Assembly: GCA_045532865.1 (NCBI GenBank)
Contig: JAZSGT010000017.1
Span: forward strand, 1,067 to 65,066
DNA: 64,000 bases
Origin: Alphaproteobacteria bacterium
GTDB taxonomy: Bacteria; Pseudomonadota; Alphaproteobacteria; CAAHEQ01; UBA3637
Reading direction: 5' to 3'
In this document: piece after piece, positions 38,585 through 47,945 of the stretch
How the letters are laid out: each line of letters opens with the position of its first letter
Position numbering within the stretch: position 1 is the first letter of the stretch
Notes under the pieces: model-generated
Database searches by the model: none
Seen by the model: the letters and a program-made list of their open reading frames with translations, nothing else
What the model was told of the DNA's origin: nothing
Made by a program: the position numbers and the translations under genes

Positions 38585-39604
38585 TTATTTTATTACAAAT
38601 TCATCTTCAAGCAGACATTTCAACTCTTGCATGTCTAATGGCATTTTAGCTTCAAAAGACAATCTTTCACCTGTTCTTGGGTGAACAAAACTCAAAAAAC
38701 CAGCATGCAATGCCTGCCTATTAAAAAACCTTAAACGTGTATCTGCCATTTTAGGAACCACACCATAAACACTATCACCAATCAAGGAATGCCCCAATGA
38801 TGCTAAATGAACTCTAATTTGATGCGTTCGCCCCGTTTCCAAAACACACTTAACATATGAAGCTGGCGCTTTAGGATAACTATCAACACATTCATAATGC
38901 GTCACAGCATGCTTTCCACCCTGGGTTACAATAGACATTTTTTGCCGATTAGAAGAACTACGCCCAATCAATGAAGAGACAACACCCTCCTTCTTTTTCA
39001 TAACACCCCAAACAAAAGTATGATAAACTCGTTCAATTGTATGTTTTGCAAACTGTTCTGATAAATGGACATGTGCATAATCATTTTTTGCAACAACAAG
39101 AATACCACTTGTATCTTTGTCAATACGATGCACAATTCCAGGGCGCAATACACCACCAATACCCGAAAGCGAATCCTTGCAATGATAAAGCAACGCATTT
39201 ACAAGCGTTCCTGTATAATTACCTGCACCTGGATGAACAACCATACCAGCTGGTTTATTCACAACGATCAAATCATCATCCTCATACAAAACATTTAATT
39301 CAATTTTTTCAGGTTCTGGAACAGAAGGCACACTTTCTGGCAATGTAATAATAAATGCATCACCTTCTTTTACTTTCAAATCCGGTTTATCTGCGCATTT
39401 TTCCATCCCCACGTATTTTACACAATCTGCTTCAATAAATTTAATAATGCGCGCTCTTGAATATTCAGAAAAACAAGAAACCAAAAACTTATCTAAACGC
39501 ATATTTTTTTCATCAAAAGATACTTTTTTCGTGACAAGAGGTTCATTTTTGTTATAATTCTCATCAGATTCTAACAAATTTTCAAAATCTTGTTCTGTGT
39601 TCAT
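38585..39604 (-). CDS. rluD: 23S rRNA pseudouridine synthase, RluD type (RluA family)
   Basis: S4-like N-terminal region (RLDKFL) and catalytic HRIDKDTSGILVVAK. Start placed at ATG 39604 after GGAGA. Confidence 0.9.
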   Translation of the reverse strand: MNTEQDFENLLESDENYNKNEPLVTKKVSFDEKNMRLDKFLVSCFSEYSRARIIKFIEADCVKYVGMEKCADKPDLKVKEGDAFIITLPESVPSVPEPEKIELNVLYEDDDLIVVNKPAGMVVHPGAGNYTGTLVNALLYHCKDSLSGIGGVLRPGIVHRIDKDTSGILVVAKNDYAHVHLSEQFAKHTIERVYHTFVWGVMKKKEGVVSSLIGRSSSNRQKMSIVTQGGKHAVTHYECVDSYPKAPASYVKCVLETGRTHQIRVHLASLGHSLIGDSVYGVVPKMADTRLRFFNRQALHAGFLSFVHPRTGERLSFEAKMPLDMQELKCLLEDEFVIK

Positions 39605-39633
39605 CTTGTTCTCCAACAATAAGGATTTTTTTT

Positions 39634-39933
39634 ATGAATGCTTTAAAAATTGCAAAGTTAACTGTTTATACTTTATCCATCCTCTTAATAGCAGGATTTT
39701 GCCTTATTGTTTCAAAAATAGCAGATACCCAAGCAAAAAGCAACCCAAAAAACATTCACAAAACAATTAAAACAAATCTGTTATTCAACAAAAATGAAGC
39801 TTTAACACTTACATTTTCTTGTGGCAACTATCTTTGCCTTAAGATACAAAAAAACAATCTGCCTTACAAAATTATTGTTTTAACACCTGATACTGGAAAA
39901 ATCATTAATGAAATTTCATTTCAAACAAAATAA
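39634..39933 (+). CDS. Small single-pass membrane protein, DUF6476-like
   Basis: N-terminal TM segment, then ...YKIIVLTPDTGKIINEISF, which matches my memory of the alphaproteobacterial DUF6476 pattern. AAGGA SD. Confidence 0.5.
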   Translation: MNALKIAKLTVYTLSILLIAGFCLIVSKIADTQAKSNPKNIHKTIKTNLLFNKNEALTLTFSCGNYLCLKIQKNNLPYKIIVLTPDTGKIINEISFQTK

Positions 39934-39999
39934 CTTTTTATATTTTTTATAAAAAACAACTTTTATTAACCATTTCTTCACTCTTTTTGGTGCAAAATT

Positions 40000-41394
40000 A
40001 TGTATATTTGTTTGTTAAGAGTGAGCGACCAAGTAAACATGGAAAAATTCTGGCATCGACTTAGCATTTTAATAACAAGTGAAAGTCTATTTTTAGGCAT
40101 TTTTTGTTTTGCACCTTTCTTAATACTCGAATCCAATAGTATTGCCTTTCAAAAAACAGCAATTAAAATATTAATTTATCAATATATTGCTATTTTATTT
40201 ATTTGTTGTTCTTCCTTGTTTTTATTTTTTTATATAATCCCAAAATTCATAAGGAAAAAACACATTAAAAACACTTGTCAAACACTTTCTTCTCAAATTC
40301 TTTTACTCAATGAAAATGCAAAACTAAGAAATGACACGAACCAATTAATTCAAAAACTTCAACAAATTGCCAACACAACTCCAGAATTAATTTTAAAAAT
40401 TTTAAGATACTATTCAACCCGATCTGCAACAAACCAACAACAAAGCATTTTTTCACTTCCCCAACAAGCTGGAATCATTTTGGATTGTCTAAACAAAAAA
40501 TCTTTAAAAAAAATTTTTAAACATATGTCGAAAAATGAAATTAATTTATTTCAACAATTAAAACTTTCTTTAGGCACCATTTCAACAGAAGAAAAATTTA
40601 CAACTCTTTCTCATTTTTTTGACACATTAATGGAACCAACTTCAAAAATTGAAAAACAACACTTTACAGAAAATATACTTCCATCTCAACACGTTATCAA
40701 AATCTTAAAAAAAGAAAACCATTTTAAACCCCAATCAGATATTTGGAAAACACTTGAATCAATTCCTTCCGAAAAAATATCAAATTATTTAAAAACCGAA
40801 TCATCACAAACAATTGCTATTATTCTTTATAATCTTTCAGAAGAAAAAGCTGGTGAAATTTTGAATCAACTTCCTAAAGAAATTTCAATCACCTCATTAA
40901 TAAGACTAACAGCACTTAAATCACTCTCAAAAAAAAGAATCAAACACATTGAAATATCATTAGAATCTTATTTTTTAAACATTACACCTCGCATTATTTA
41001 TTATGGAAAAGAAAAAGCATCTTCTATTTTAAGTTTAATGCCCACTCACCATAAAAACAAACTACTTTTAGAAATTGAAAAAACATCCCCCAAAATAGCT
41101 CAACAACTCTCTCAACAAATTATTTGTTTTGATGATTTTGCTTTTTGGAACAATACTGATATTTGCACTCTCATAAAAAAAACACCTGAACATATTTTGC
41201 TTCTCGCACTATTAGGTGCAAACAATAAAACAAGAGAGATTTTCTCAAAGAATATATCACCTAACCGGTGGGGAAAATTTTTAAAGCAATTAAACACTCC
41301 TCAACCTGAAAGAATAAAAGAGATTGACGAAGCACAGTATTTTATTATAAAAAAAGCTCACGTTTTGATAAATAAAAAACGAAAACAAGGATAA
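40000..41394 (+). CDS. FliG/MgtE_N-like protein with an N-terminal two-TM membrane anchor
   Basis: Residues ~20-80 form two hydrophobic helices. The rest aligns by eye with the three FliG domains: QQAGIILDCLNKKSLKKIFKHMSKNEIN, ESSQTIAIILYNLSEEKAGEILNQLPKE (compare EHPQTIALIL...) and FDDFAFWNNTDICTLIKKTPEHILLLALLGANNKTREIFSKNIS. The start is uncertain (ATG 40000 or 40039). Confidence 0.5.
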   Translation: MYICLLRVSDQVNMEKFWHRLSILITSESLFLGIFCFAPFLILESNSIAFQKTAIKILIYQYIAILFICCSSLFLFFYIIPKFIRKKHIKNTCQTLSSQILLLNENAKLRNDTNQLIQKLQQIANTTPELILKILRYYSTRSATNQQQSIFSLPQQAGIILDCLNKKSLKKIFKHMSKNEINLFQQLKLSLGTISTEEKFTTLSHFFDTLMEPTSKIEKQHFTENILPSQHVIKILKKENHFKPQSDIWKTLESIPSEKISNYLKTESSQTIAIILYNLSEEKAGEILNQLPKEISITSLIRLTALKSLSKKRIKHIEISLESYFLNITPRIIYYGKEKASSILSLMPTHHKNKLLLEIEKTSPKIAQQLSQQIICFDDFAFWNNTDICTLIKKTPEHILLLALLGANNKTREIFSKNISPNRWGKFLKQLNTPQPERIKEIDEAQYFIIKKAHVLINKKRKQG

Positions 41395-41397
41395 AAA

Positions 41398-42372
41398 ATG
41401 AAATTAAAAACCTTTTTTGCATCAAGCATTCCCCAAGCAATAGAAGAAATACGTGAGATTTATGGTGAACAAGCGGTAATTATCTCAACAACTCGTGTTT
41501 CAAATAAAGGCATAAAACTCATTGTTGCAACTGAAGAAAAAACATCTGAAGCTGATCTATTTTCCAGTATAAACGATGAACGCATTGAGCAAAGGAGGAT
41601 TTTTTTTCAAGATCTACTCAGTTCTTCAGCATTTCCAAATGAATTTATTGAACGTCTTGTTTTTGCATCGTTTAAAAAAACAATTAAAACACAAGATGAA
41701 AAATTATTAACTCATTCTTTTGATGAACTTTTTCATTTCAAACCACTTTATCCAATTGAAGAAAACCCTATTTATGTATTAATTGGAAATGCAGGTTCAG
41801 GCAAAACACTTTCTCTAAAAAAAATGGCTTTACAAGCCAAAAAAGAACATTTCAAACCCAGCATTGTTACCTTAGATACTCAAAAAAGTGGTGCTGTTAC
41901 TGATCTTAAAAATTTCTCTAAAATGCTTCAAATTCCCTGCACTGTTGTTAAGAATATAAAGGCTTTGAACGAAATTTTAACAATAATGCGTTTATCTTCT
42001 AATTATATTTTAGTCGACACTCCTTGTATTAACCCTTACAAAGCAAATGAGCTTGAAAAATTAAAAGAAATAAAACAACAAATTAGTGATGCACAATTTA
42101 TTTTAACAATGCCTGCCGGTCTTGATCCACAAGAAGCAACAGCTCAAGGTGCATTATTTTCAAAAAATGGCTGTAATTTACTTATGGCAACAAAACTTGA
42201 CTGCTCGCTAAGGTATTTTAACATTTTACAAACACTTCTATACAATCAATTATATCTAACAGCTTTTTGTTTTTCAAACAAAATCATTGACGCTCCAATT
42301 GAGGCAACAGCTCAAAATTTAACAAAACTTTTTACAACAAACAACTCTCTTACACACGAGGCTTTATCATGA
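41398..42372 (+). CDS. flhF: FlhF-like SRP-type GTPase (divergent G motifs)
   Basis: FlhF-like N terminus MKLKTFFASSIPQAIEEIREIYGEQAVIIS. G1 is GNAGSGKT, G3 reads DTPC instead of DTAG, and G4 TKLD is present. AAGGA SD. Confidence 0.7.
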   Translation: MKLKTFFASSIPQAIEEIREIYGEQAVIISTTRVSNKGIKLIVATEEKTSEADLFSSINDERIEQRRIFFQDLLSSSAFPNEFIERLVFASFKKTIKTQDEKLLTHSFDELFHFKPLYPIEENPIYVLIGNAGSGKTLSLKKMALQAKKEHFKPSIVTLDTQKSGAVTDLKNFSKMLQIPCTVVKNIKALNEILTIMRLSSNYILVDTPCINPYKANELEKLKEIKQQISDAQFILTMPAGLDPQEATAQGALFSKNGCNLLMATKLDCSLRYFNILQTLLYNQLYLTAFCFSNKIIDAPIEATAQNLTKLFTTNNSLTHEALS

Positions 42373-43148
42373 CATCACAACAACAAAATAAAAATAACAT
42401 GTTATCTCGTATTGCTGGCCATAATATTATTGCTGTTGCATCAGGAAAAGGTGGTGTTGGAAAAACCTGGGTTTCTGTTTCTTTGGCTCACGCACTTGCA
42501 TTAAAAGGAGAAAAAGTACTTTTAATTGATGGCGATTTAGGTCTATCTAATATTGATATTCAACTTGGTCTTTCTGCTATACGTGATATCGGAGTTGTCC
42601 TCACACATAACGCCCCATTAAACAGTGCTATTATTCATGATAAAAGCATTCAATGTGATGTTCTCGCCGGCCATTCTGGAAGCCAAACTTTAGCAGGATT
42701 AGAAGAAAGTAGATTACAACTTTTATGTGATGATATTAAAATTTTAGCAAACCATTATGATAAAGTTATCATCGATCTTGGCACTGGAATTCAAAAATCA
42801 GTTACAATGCTTGCTCAAATTGCCCATGAAATTTTAATTATTACAACAGATTCACCAACGGCACTTGCTGATGCATATGCCTTTATTAAAATTATGTCTC
42901 TCTCAAAACCTGCTTCAACATTTAAAATTTTAATAAATATGGCCGGCACAAAAAAAGAAGGAGAACATACTTATCATACCCTGCTAAAAGCTTGCCAATC
43001 TTTTTTAAATATTTCGCCTTCATTAGCAGGGATTATACATTTAGATACAATGGCTCGAGAATCTGTTCGAACACAAACACCGATTTTGAATATATCACCT
43101 CTTTCTCCGGCTGGAAAAGATATTTTAGAAATAACTTCTCAATACTAA
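42369..43148 (+). CDS. flhG: MinD/ParA-family ATPase, FlhG (YlxH)-like
   Basis: Deviant Walker A ASGKGGVGKT. 4-nt ATGA overlap with flhF. Confidence 0.75.
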   Translation: MTSQQQNKNNMLSRIAGHNIIAVASGKGGVGKTWVSVSLAHALALKGEKVLLIDGDLGLSNIDIQLGLSAIRDIGVVLTHNAPLNSAIIHDKSIQCDVLAGHSGSQTLAGLEESRLQLLCDDIKILANHYDKVIIDLGTGIQKSVTMLAQIAHEILIITTDSPTALADAYAFIKIMSLSKPASTFKILINMAGTKKEGEHTYHTLLKACQSFLNISPSLAGIIHLDTMARESVRTQTPILNISPLSPAGKDILEITSQY

Positions 43149-43262
43149 ATTTTACACCGTTTTTTATAAGATGAATATTACATACAATAAAATATAGAAA
43201 CCCTTGACTTTAGCATAAAAATGGATTATTTAAAATTCATTCAGCTCAATGAAAGGAAGAGT

Positions 43263-45890
43263 ATGTTTTTAAAAAGTATTTTCGGATCTGCAAATGACAG
43301 ATATTTAAAAAAATTCAAAAAAACAATCAACAAAATCAATGAATTAGAACCTCAATATGAACTCTTAAGCGATTCACAATTAAGGGATAAAACTGAGGAA
43401 TACAAAACACGCATTCAAAATGGCGAAAGTTTAGAAAGTATTTTGCCAGAAGCATTTGCAAGCGTTAGAGAAGCATCTAAACGTGTTTTAGGATTACGCC
43501 CTTTTGACGTTCAATTATTGGGGGGTATTATTTTAAACAACGGTCAAATTGCAGAAATGAGAACAGGTGAAGGTAAAACACTTGTTGCAACAATGCCTGT
43601 TTATTTAAACGCCTTAACTGGAAAAGGAGTTCATGTTGTTACTGTAAACGACTATTTGGCTCAACGTGATAGCGAATGGATGGGTCAAATTTATCGTTTT
43701 CTCGGCTTAACTGTTGGCTGTGTTGTGCATGATATGTCAACAGCAGAAAGACGTGCAGCTTACAATTCTGATATCACATATGCTACAAACAATGAACTTG
43801 GCTTTGATTATTTAAGAGACAATATGCGTTTTGAAATTAAAGAAATGGTTCAACGACCTTTTTACTATGCAATCGTTGACGAAGTTGACTCCATTTTAAT
43901 TGACGAAGCAAGAACACCTTTAATTATTTCTGGGCCTGCTGAAAACTCTTCTGAAAGATATATCGCGATTGATAAACTTGTTCGCACCATCAGACCTGAA
44001 CATTATGAAAAAGATGAAAAACATAAAAATGTTACATTAACCGAACAAGGTTCAGAATATATTGAACAACTTTTAGCTGATGAAAACCTCATACAAGGTT
44101 CATTATACGACACACATAATATTGCCTTTGTTCATCACATTGACCAAGCATTAAAGGCCAATACTCTTTTCACAAAAGATAAAGATTACATTGTCAAAGA
44201 TGGACAAATTATCATCATTGATGAATTCACTGGTCGTATGATGCATGGACGCCGATACTCAGATGGTTTACACCAAGCAATTGAAGCAAAAGAAGGGGTT
44301 GAAATTCAAGCTGAAAATCAAACTCTTGCATCAATTACATTCCAAAACTACTTTAGAATGTATCCAAAATTAGCTGGTATGACCGGTACGGCTATGACAG
44401 AAGCAAGCGAATTTGATGATATATATCATTTACCTGTTATCGAAATCCCAACAAACAAACAACCACAGCGCAAAGATGAAAATGATGTTATTTATCGAAC
44501 AGCTGAAGAAAAATATGAAGCCATTATTGAAGATGTCAAAGAAGCTCATGCCAAAGGGCAACCAGTTTTAATTGGAACAGCTTCAATTGAAAAATCTGAA
44601 ATTTTAGCCGAATTAATGAAGAAAAAAACATCAATTCCATTTAATGTGTTAAACGCCCGCCACCATGAACAAGAAGCTAAAATTATTGCGCAAGCAGGTG
44701 CACCAGGCGCCGTTACAATTGCAACAAATATGGCTGGTCGTGGAACAGATATTCAATTAGGGGGCAATGTTGAAATACTCCTAAAAGAAGCACTTGAAAA
44801 AAATCCAACAGCAGATAAAGAAACTCTTTTAAATCAAATTAAAGAGGATGTACAAAAGAAAAAAGAGCAAGTTTTAAATGCTGGAGGACTTTTTGTTTTA
44901 GGTTCTGAACGTCATGAAAGTCGCCGTATTGATAATCAGTTAAGAGGGCGTTCAGGTCGTCAAGGCGACCCTGGATTATCTCGTTTTTATGTATCCCTTG
45001 AAGATGACCTTATGCGCATATTTGGCGCCAATCGCATTCAAAACCTACTTCCAAAACTAGGGTTAAAACGAGGAGAACCAATCACTCATAATTTCATCAC
45101 AAAGGCACTTGCTGTTGCACAAAAAAAGGTTGAAACATACCATTTTGACGTTCGTAAAAACTTGCTTAAATTTGATGATGTTATGAATGATCAACGAAAA
45201 GCTATTTATGAGCAACGCAAAGAATTAATGCTTTCAAATTCTGTTACAGATACACTTGCAGAAATGCGTTTAGAAACAATTCAAAACGTTATTTATGACT
45301 TGGCTCCGGAACGATCAAATCCTGAAGATTGGAACGCTGATCTTTTAACAAAAGAAGTGGCAAGAATTTTTGCTATTGATGTTCCATTTAACTCATGGAT
45401 AAATGAACTTGGCATCACGCCAACAACAATGGTTGAAAGACTGGATAATATACTTCAAAAAGATATTGAATCCAAAATGGGAATGCTTCCAGAAGATGTC
45501 AAAAACAACTTGGAAAAAAGCATTCTCATTCAAGTTATTGACCAAATGTGGAAAGAACACTTACAAACTCTTGACTTTATGAAAACAGCCATTAATTTGC
45601 GCGCATATGGACAAAGAAATCCTTTAAATGAGTATAAACGAGAAGCATTTATCTTATTTGAAACACTGTTAAATAGAGTACGAGAAAAAGTAACAGAATT
45701 AATTTGTCACATGCAATTACAAATACAAACTCAGCCAAATGACAATATCAAAGAAAGTCATCCACATCCAGTTAATCCAACAACAGAAGATCCATTTTCA
45801 ACGCCTGAAGGTCAAATTTCAAGAAATGCACCTTGCCCTTGTGGATCTCAAAAAAAATACAAACACTGTTGCGGAGCCATTAAAAATTAA
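43263..45890 (+). CDS. secA: Preprotein translocase ATPase SecA
   Basis: MRTGEGKT, DEVDSILIDEARTPLIISG, TNMAGRGTDI and a C-terminal zinc motif CPCGSQKKYKHCCG. Start at ATG 43263 (MFLKSIFGS...) after GAAAGGAAG. Confidence 0.98.
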   Translation: MFLKSIFGSANDRYLKKFKKTINKINELEPQYELLSDSQLRDKTEEYKTRIQNGESLESILPEAFASVREASKRVLGLRPFDVQLLGGIILNNGQIAEMRTGEGKTLVATMPVYLNALTGKGVHVVTVNDYLAQRDSEWMGQIYRFLGLTVGCVVHDMSTAERRAAYNSDITYATNNELGFDYLRDNMRFEIKEMVQRPFYYAIVDEVDSILIDEARTPLIISGPAENSSERYIAIDKLVRTIRPEHYEKDEKHKNVTLTEQGSEYIEQLLADENLIQGSLYDTHNIAFVHHIDQALKANTLFTKDKDYIVKDGQIIIIDEFTGRMMHGRRYSDGLHQAIEAKEGVEIQAENQTLASITFQNYFRMYPKLAGMTGTAMTEASEFDDIYHLPVIEIPTNKQPQRKDENDVIYRTAEEKYEAIIEDVKEAHAKGQPVLIGTASIEKSEILAELMKKKTSIPFNVLNARHHEQEAKIIAQAGAPGAVTIATNMAGRGTDIQLGGNVEILLKEALEKNPTADKETLLNQIKEDVQKKKEQVLNAGGLFVLGSERHESRRIDNQLRGRSGRQGDPGLSRFYVSLEDDLMRIFGANRIQNLLPKLGLKRGEPITHNFITKALAVAQKKVETYHFDVRKNLLKFDDVMNDQRKAIYEQRKELMLSNSVTDTLAEMRLETIQNVIYDLAPERSNPEDWNADLLTKEVARIFAIDVPFNSWINELGITPTTMVERLDNILQKDIESKMGMLPEDVKNNLEKSILIQVIDQMWKEHLQTLDFMKTAINLRAYGQRNPLNEYKREAFILFETLLNRVREKVTELICHMQLQIQTQPNDNIKESHPHPVNPTTEDPFSTPEGQISRNAPCPCGSQKKYKHCCGAIKN

Positions 45891-45900
45891 GGAGATAAAC

Positions 45901-46296
45901 ATGAAAAAACAAGAACAAAGTGGTCGTTCAATGATTGAAATTTTGGCTGTTCTAGCCATTGTTGGTGTCTTATCGATCGGTGGACTTGCAGGGTATAGCT
46001 TGTCGGCTCAGCGTATCCAAATAAACAATATTTTGGATGTTGCTACAAAATTTTCTGCAAAAGGCGTTGGTGGACGTTCCTATAACAGTTTATCAGCTGC
46101 TGGATTAGACAAACCTAATGGAATAGATATGTCCTTGGATGAAGCAGGCAATGTTTGTATAAAAAATTTTCCTCAAACATCATCACGTGATAAAAGAATG
46201 TTTGAGGCCTTCAAAGCTCAATCTTCTAGTTATGTTGTTTCAGGTGATCATAAAGGATGTAGCATTGTTTTATTTTTTGGAAGAAGAACAAATTAA
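45901..46296 (+). CDS. Type IV pilin/pseudopilin-like protein with a non-canonical class III leader
   Basis: MKKQEQSG|RSMIEILAVLAIVGVLSIGGLAGY has Gly at -1, Glu at +5 and a hydrophobic helix. AAGGAG SD 5 nt upstream. The ORF-track start at 45739 overlaps secA and is rejected. Confidence 0.7.
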   Translation: MKKQEQSGRSMIEILAVLAIVGVLSIGGLAGYSLSAQRIQINNILDVATKFSAKGVGGRSYNSLSAAGLDKPNGIDMSLDEAGNVCIKNFPQTSSRDKRMFEAFKAQSSSYVVSGDHKGCSIVLFFGRRTN

Positions 46297-46306
46297 CCAT
46301 CTATTA

Positions 46307-46357
46307 ATCAAGGATAATATGTCGCTCATCACATATTATCCTTGATGTATTTTTTTA
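46307..46357 (+). terminator. Long hairpin terminator after the pilin-like gene
   Basis: 16-bp perfect stem ATCAAGGATAATATGT-cgctcatc-ACATATTATCCTTGAT followed by GTAT7. Confidence 0.8.
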
Positions 46358-46420
46358 TTGAAGTTTCTAAAAAGAAAGTATACAATTTTATCATTAAGGG
46401 ACTAAAAAAATAGGAGAACT

Positions 46421-47026
46421 ATGAAAAAATACAAATATATAACCGTTTGGGCTGGCGCTTCACCATCTATTTCAGCTTGTCATCATAAACCAATGCACGA
46501 AATTGGTCAAATTCTTGCTCAAAATAAAATAACCATGGTATATGGCATTGGTGATGAAGGTATGATGGGTGCTGCATTTCAAGGTGTTCGTAGCAAAAAA
46601 GGAAAAGTCAAAGGAATTACAACACCTAAACTTTTAGAATTGCAATGTAAAGATCCTGATTTGTTCCAAAAAGGTGAAATTGAAGTCGTTAATTCCTTAA
46701 GTGAACGCAAACGAAAAATGATGGAACTTGGAGAAGTTATCTTGGCCGGACCAGGAGGTTGGGGCACACTAGATGAAATTTCAAATTTTGCTGTTCTAAT
46801 ACAAACAGGTGAAATAAAAAAGAAACCTCTTATCTTTTTAAACTTTAATAATTTTTGGGCTCCATTTGGCGAATTAATTTTCAACATGCTACAAGAAGGA
46901 ACGCTCAATCAAGAAAAGGTTGATTTTATCGATTTTGCAAACTCACCCGAGGAACTTTTTGAAGTGATTGAAAAAGTACAAACAAGACTAGACGCGATCA
47001 AAAATCAAAAAAAAATAGAGGTATAA
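46421..47026 (+). CDS. LOG-family (TIGR00730) nucleotide phosphoribohydrolase
   Basis: Canonical PGGWGTLDE motif, VWAGAS and MVYGIGDEGMMG segments, and KPLIFLNFNNFW. Confidence 0.85.
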   Translation: MKKYKYITVWAGASPSISACHHKPMHEIGQILAQNKITMVYGIGDEGMMGAAFQGVRSKKGKVKGITTPKLLELQCKDPDLFQKGEIEVVNSLSERKRKMMELGEVILAGPGGWGTLDEISNFAVLIQTGEIKKKPLIFLNFNNFWAPFGELIFNMLQEGTLNQEKVDFIDFANSPEELFEVIEKVQTRLDAIKNQKKIEV

Positions 47027-47027
47027 A

Positions 47028-47930
47028 ATGAAATATAGATATCTTGTCGTTTTTTTATTATCAGCTATTTTCTTTTCAGCATTTTCAATGGCTTCAACAG
47101 AAGGAACAAGAGCATATAATGCTGGAATGAATGCATATAAAAGACAAGAATATCAAAATGCAGTTTATGCTTTTGAACATGCAACAAATCTTGAACCAAA
47201 TCTATATAAAGCATGGTGCATGCTTGGTCTGACCTACATTTTAAACGATGAACCAAAAAAAGGAGAAGCAACATACCTCAAAGCTATTAATGCTTTTCCA
47301 AATGAATGGAAAGCATATTCCTTGCTCGCAGAATTTTATGAAAGTCAAAATGATTATGAAAAATCATTAAGTTATTATCGTCAAAGTATAGAATTAATGC
47401 CAGAGAAAGAAGCTAAAAGCTACAAAAACAAAATTTCAAATCTACAAAAAGAACAATCAAAAAACTGGTCTGTTACAGAAGCCGAAAAAGAAAAAATACT
47501 TTCAAACATTATCGTACCATTAGATAAAAATATCTGGAGAACAGCTCTTGTTGAAAAGAAAGAAACAGCATTACATGTTGTCTATGCACTTAAAACTGAA
47601 AATTTTAGAGCTGATAAATGGACTAGAATTCTTGATATAACATGTACTTATACATCAAAACAAGATATAGAAAGCTTTAACAAAATTAATGAATGGATGG
47701 CATCAACATATAGAAAAAATAATGCTGATATGGATACAATTGAAAAAACATCTACAACAAGATTATATGAAAGTATTCTTCACGACAAAAAATTAAATAT
47801 TTTAGGATATATTACACCAAATAAAAATGGTTTTTGTATTCATCAATTTATGTATAAGAAGAAAATATCTGCAAAAGAAAAAAATAAATGGATACAAAAC
47901 ATCAAAAAAGTAACTGTTAGAAAATTTTAA
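47028..47930 (+). CDS. Secreted TPR-repeat protein
   Basis: Signal peptide, then three or four TPR-like units (Y..A...F..A..L.P....A). The C-terminal half is unrecognised. Confidence 0.65.
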   Translation: MKYRYLVVFLLSAIFFSAFSMASTEGTRAYNAGMNAYKRQEYQNAVYAFEHATNLEPNLYKAWCMLGLTYILNDEPKKGEATYLKAINAFPNEWKAYSLLAEFYESQNDYEKSLSYYRQSIELMPEKEAKSYKNKISNLQKEQSKNWSVTEAEKEKILSNIIVPLDKNIWRTALVEKKETALHVVYALKTENFRADKWTRILDITCTYTSKQDIESFNKINEWMASTYRKNNADMDTIEKTSTTRLYESILHDKKLNILGYITPNKNGFCIHQFMYKKKISAKEKNKWIQNIKKVTVRKF

Positions 47931-47945
47931 AAAGAGTCTTTGATT

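Noticed and set aside
45739-45900. A 54-codon N-terminal extension of the pilin-like ORF overlaps the 3' end of secA.
   Set aside because: The extension lies inside the well-supported secA frame. ATG 45901 has a strong AAGGAG SD and yields a proper class III leader.
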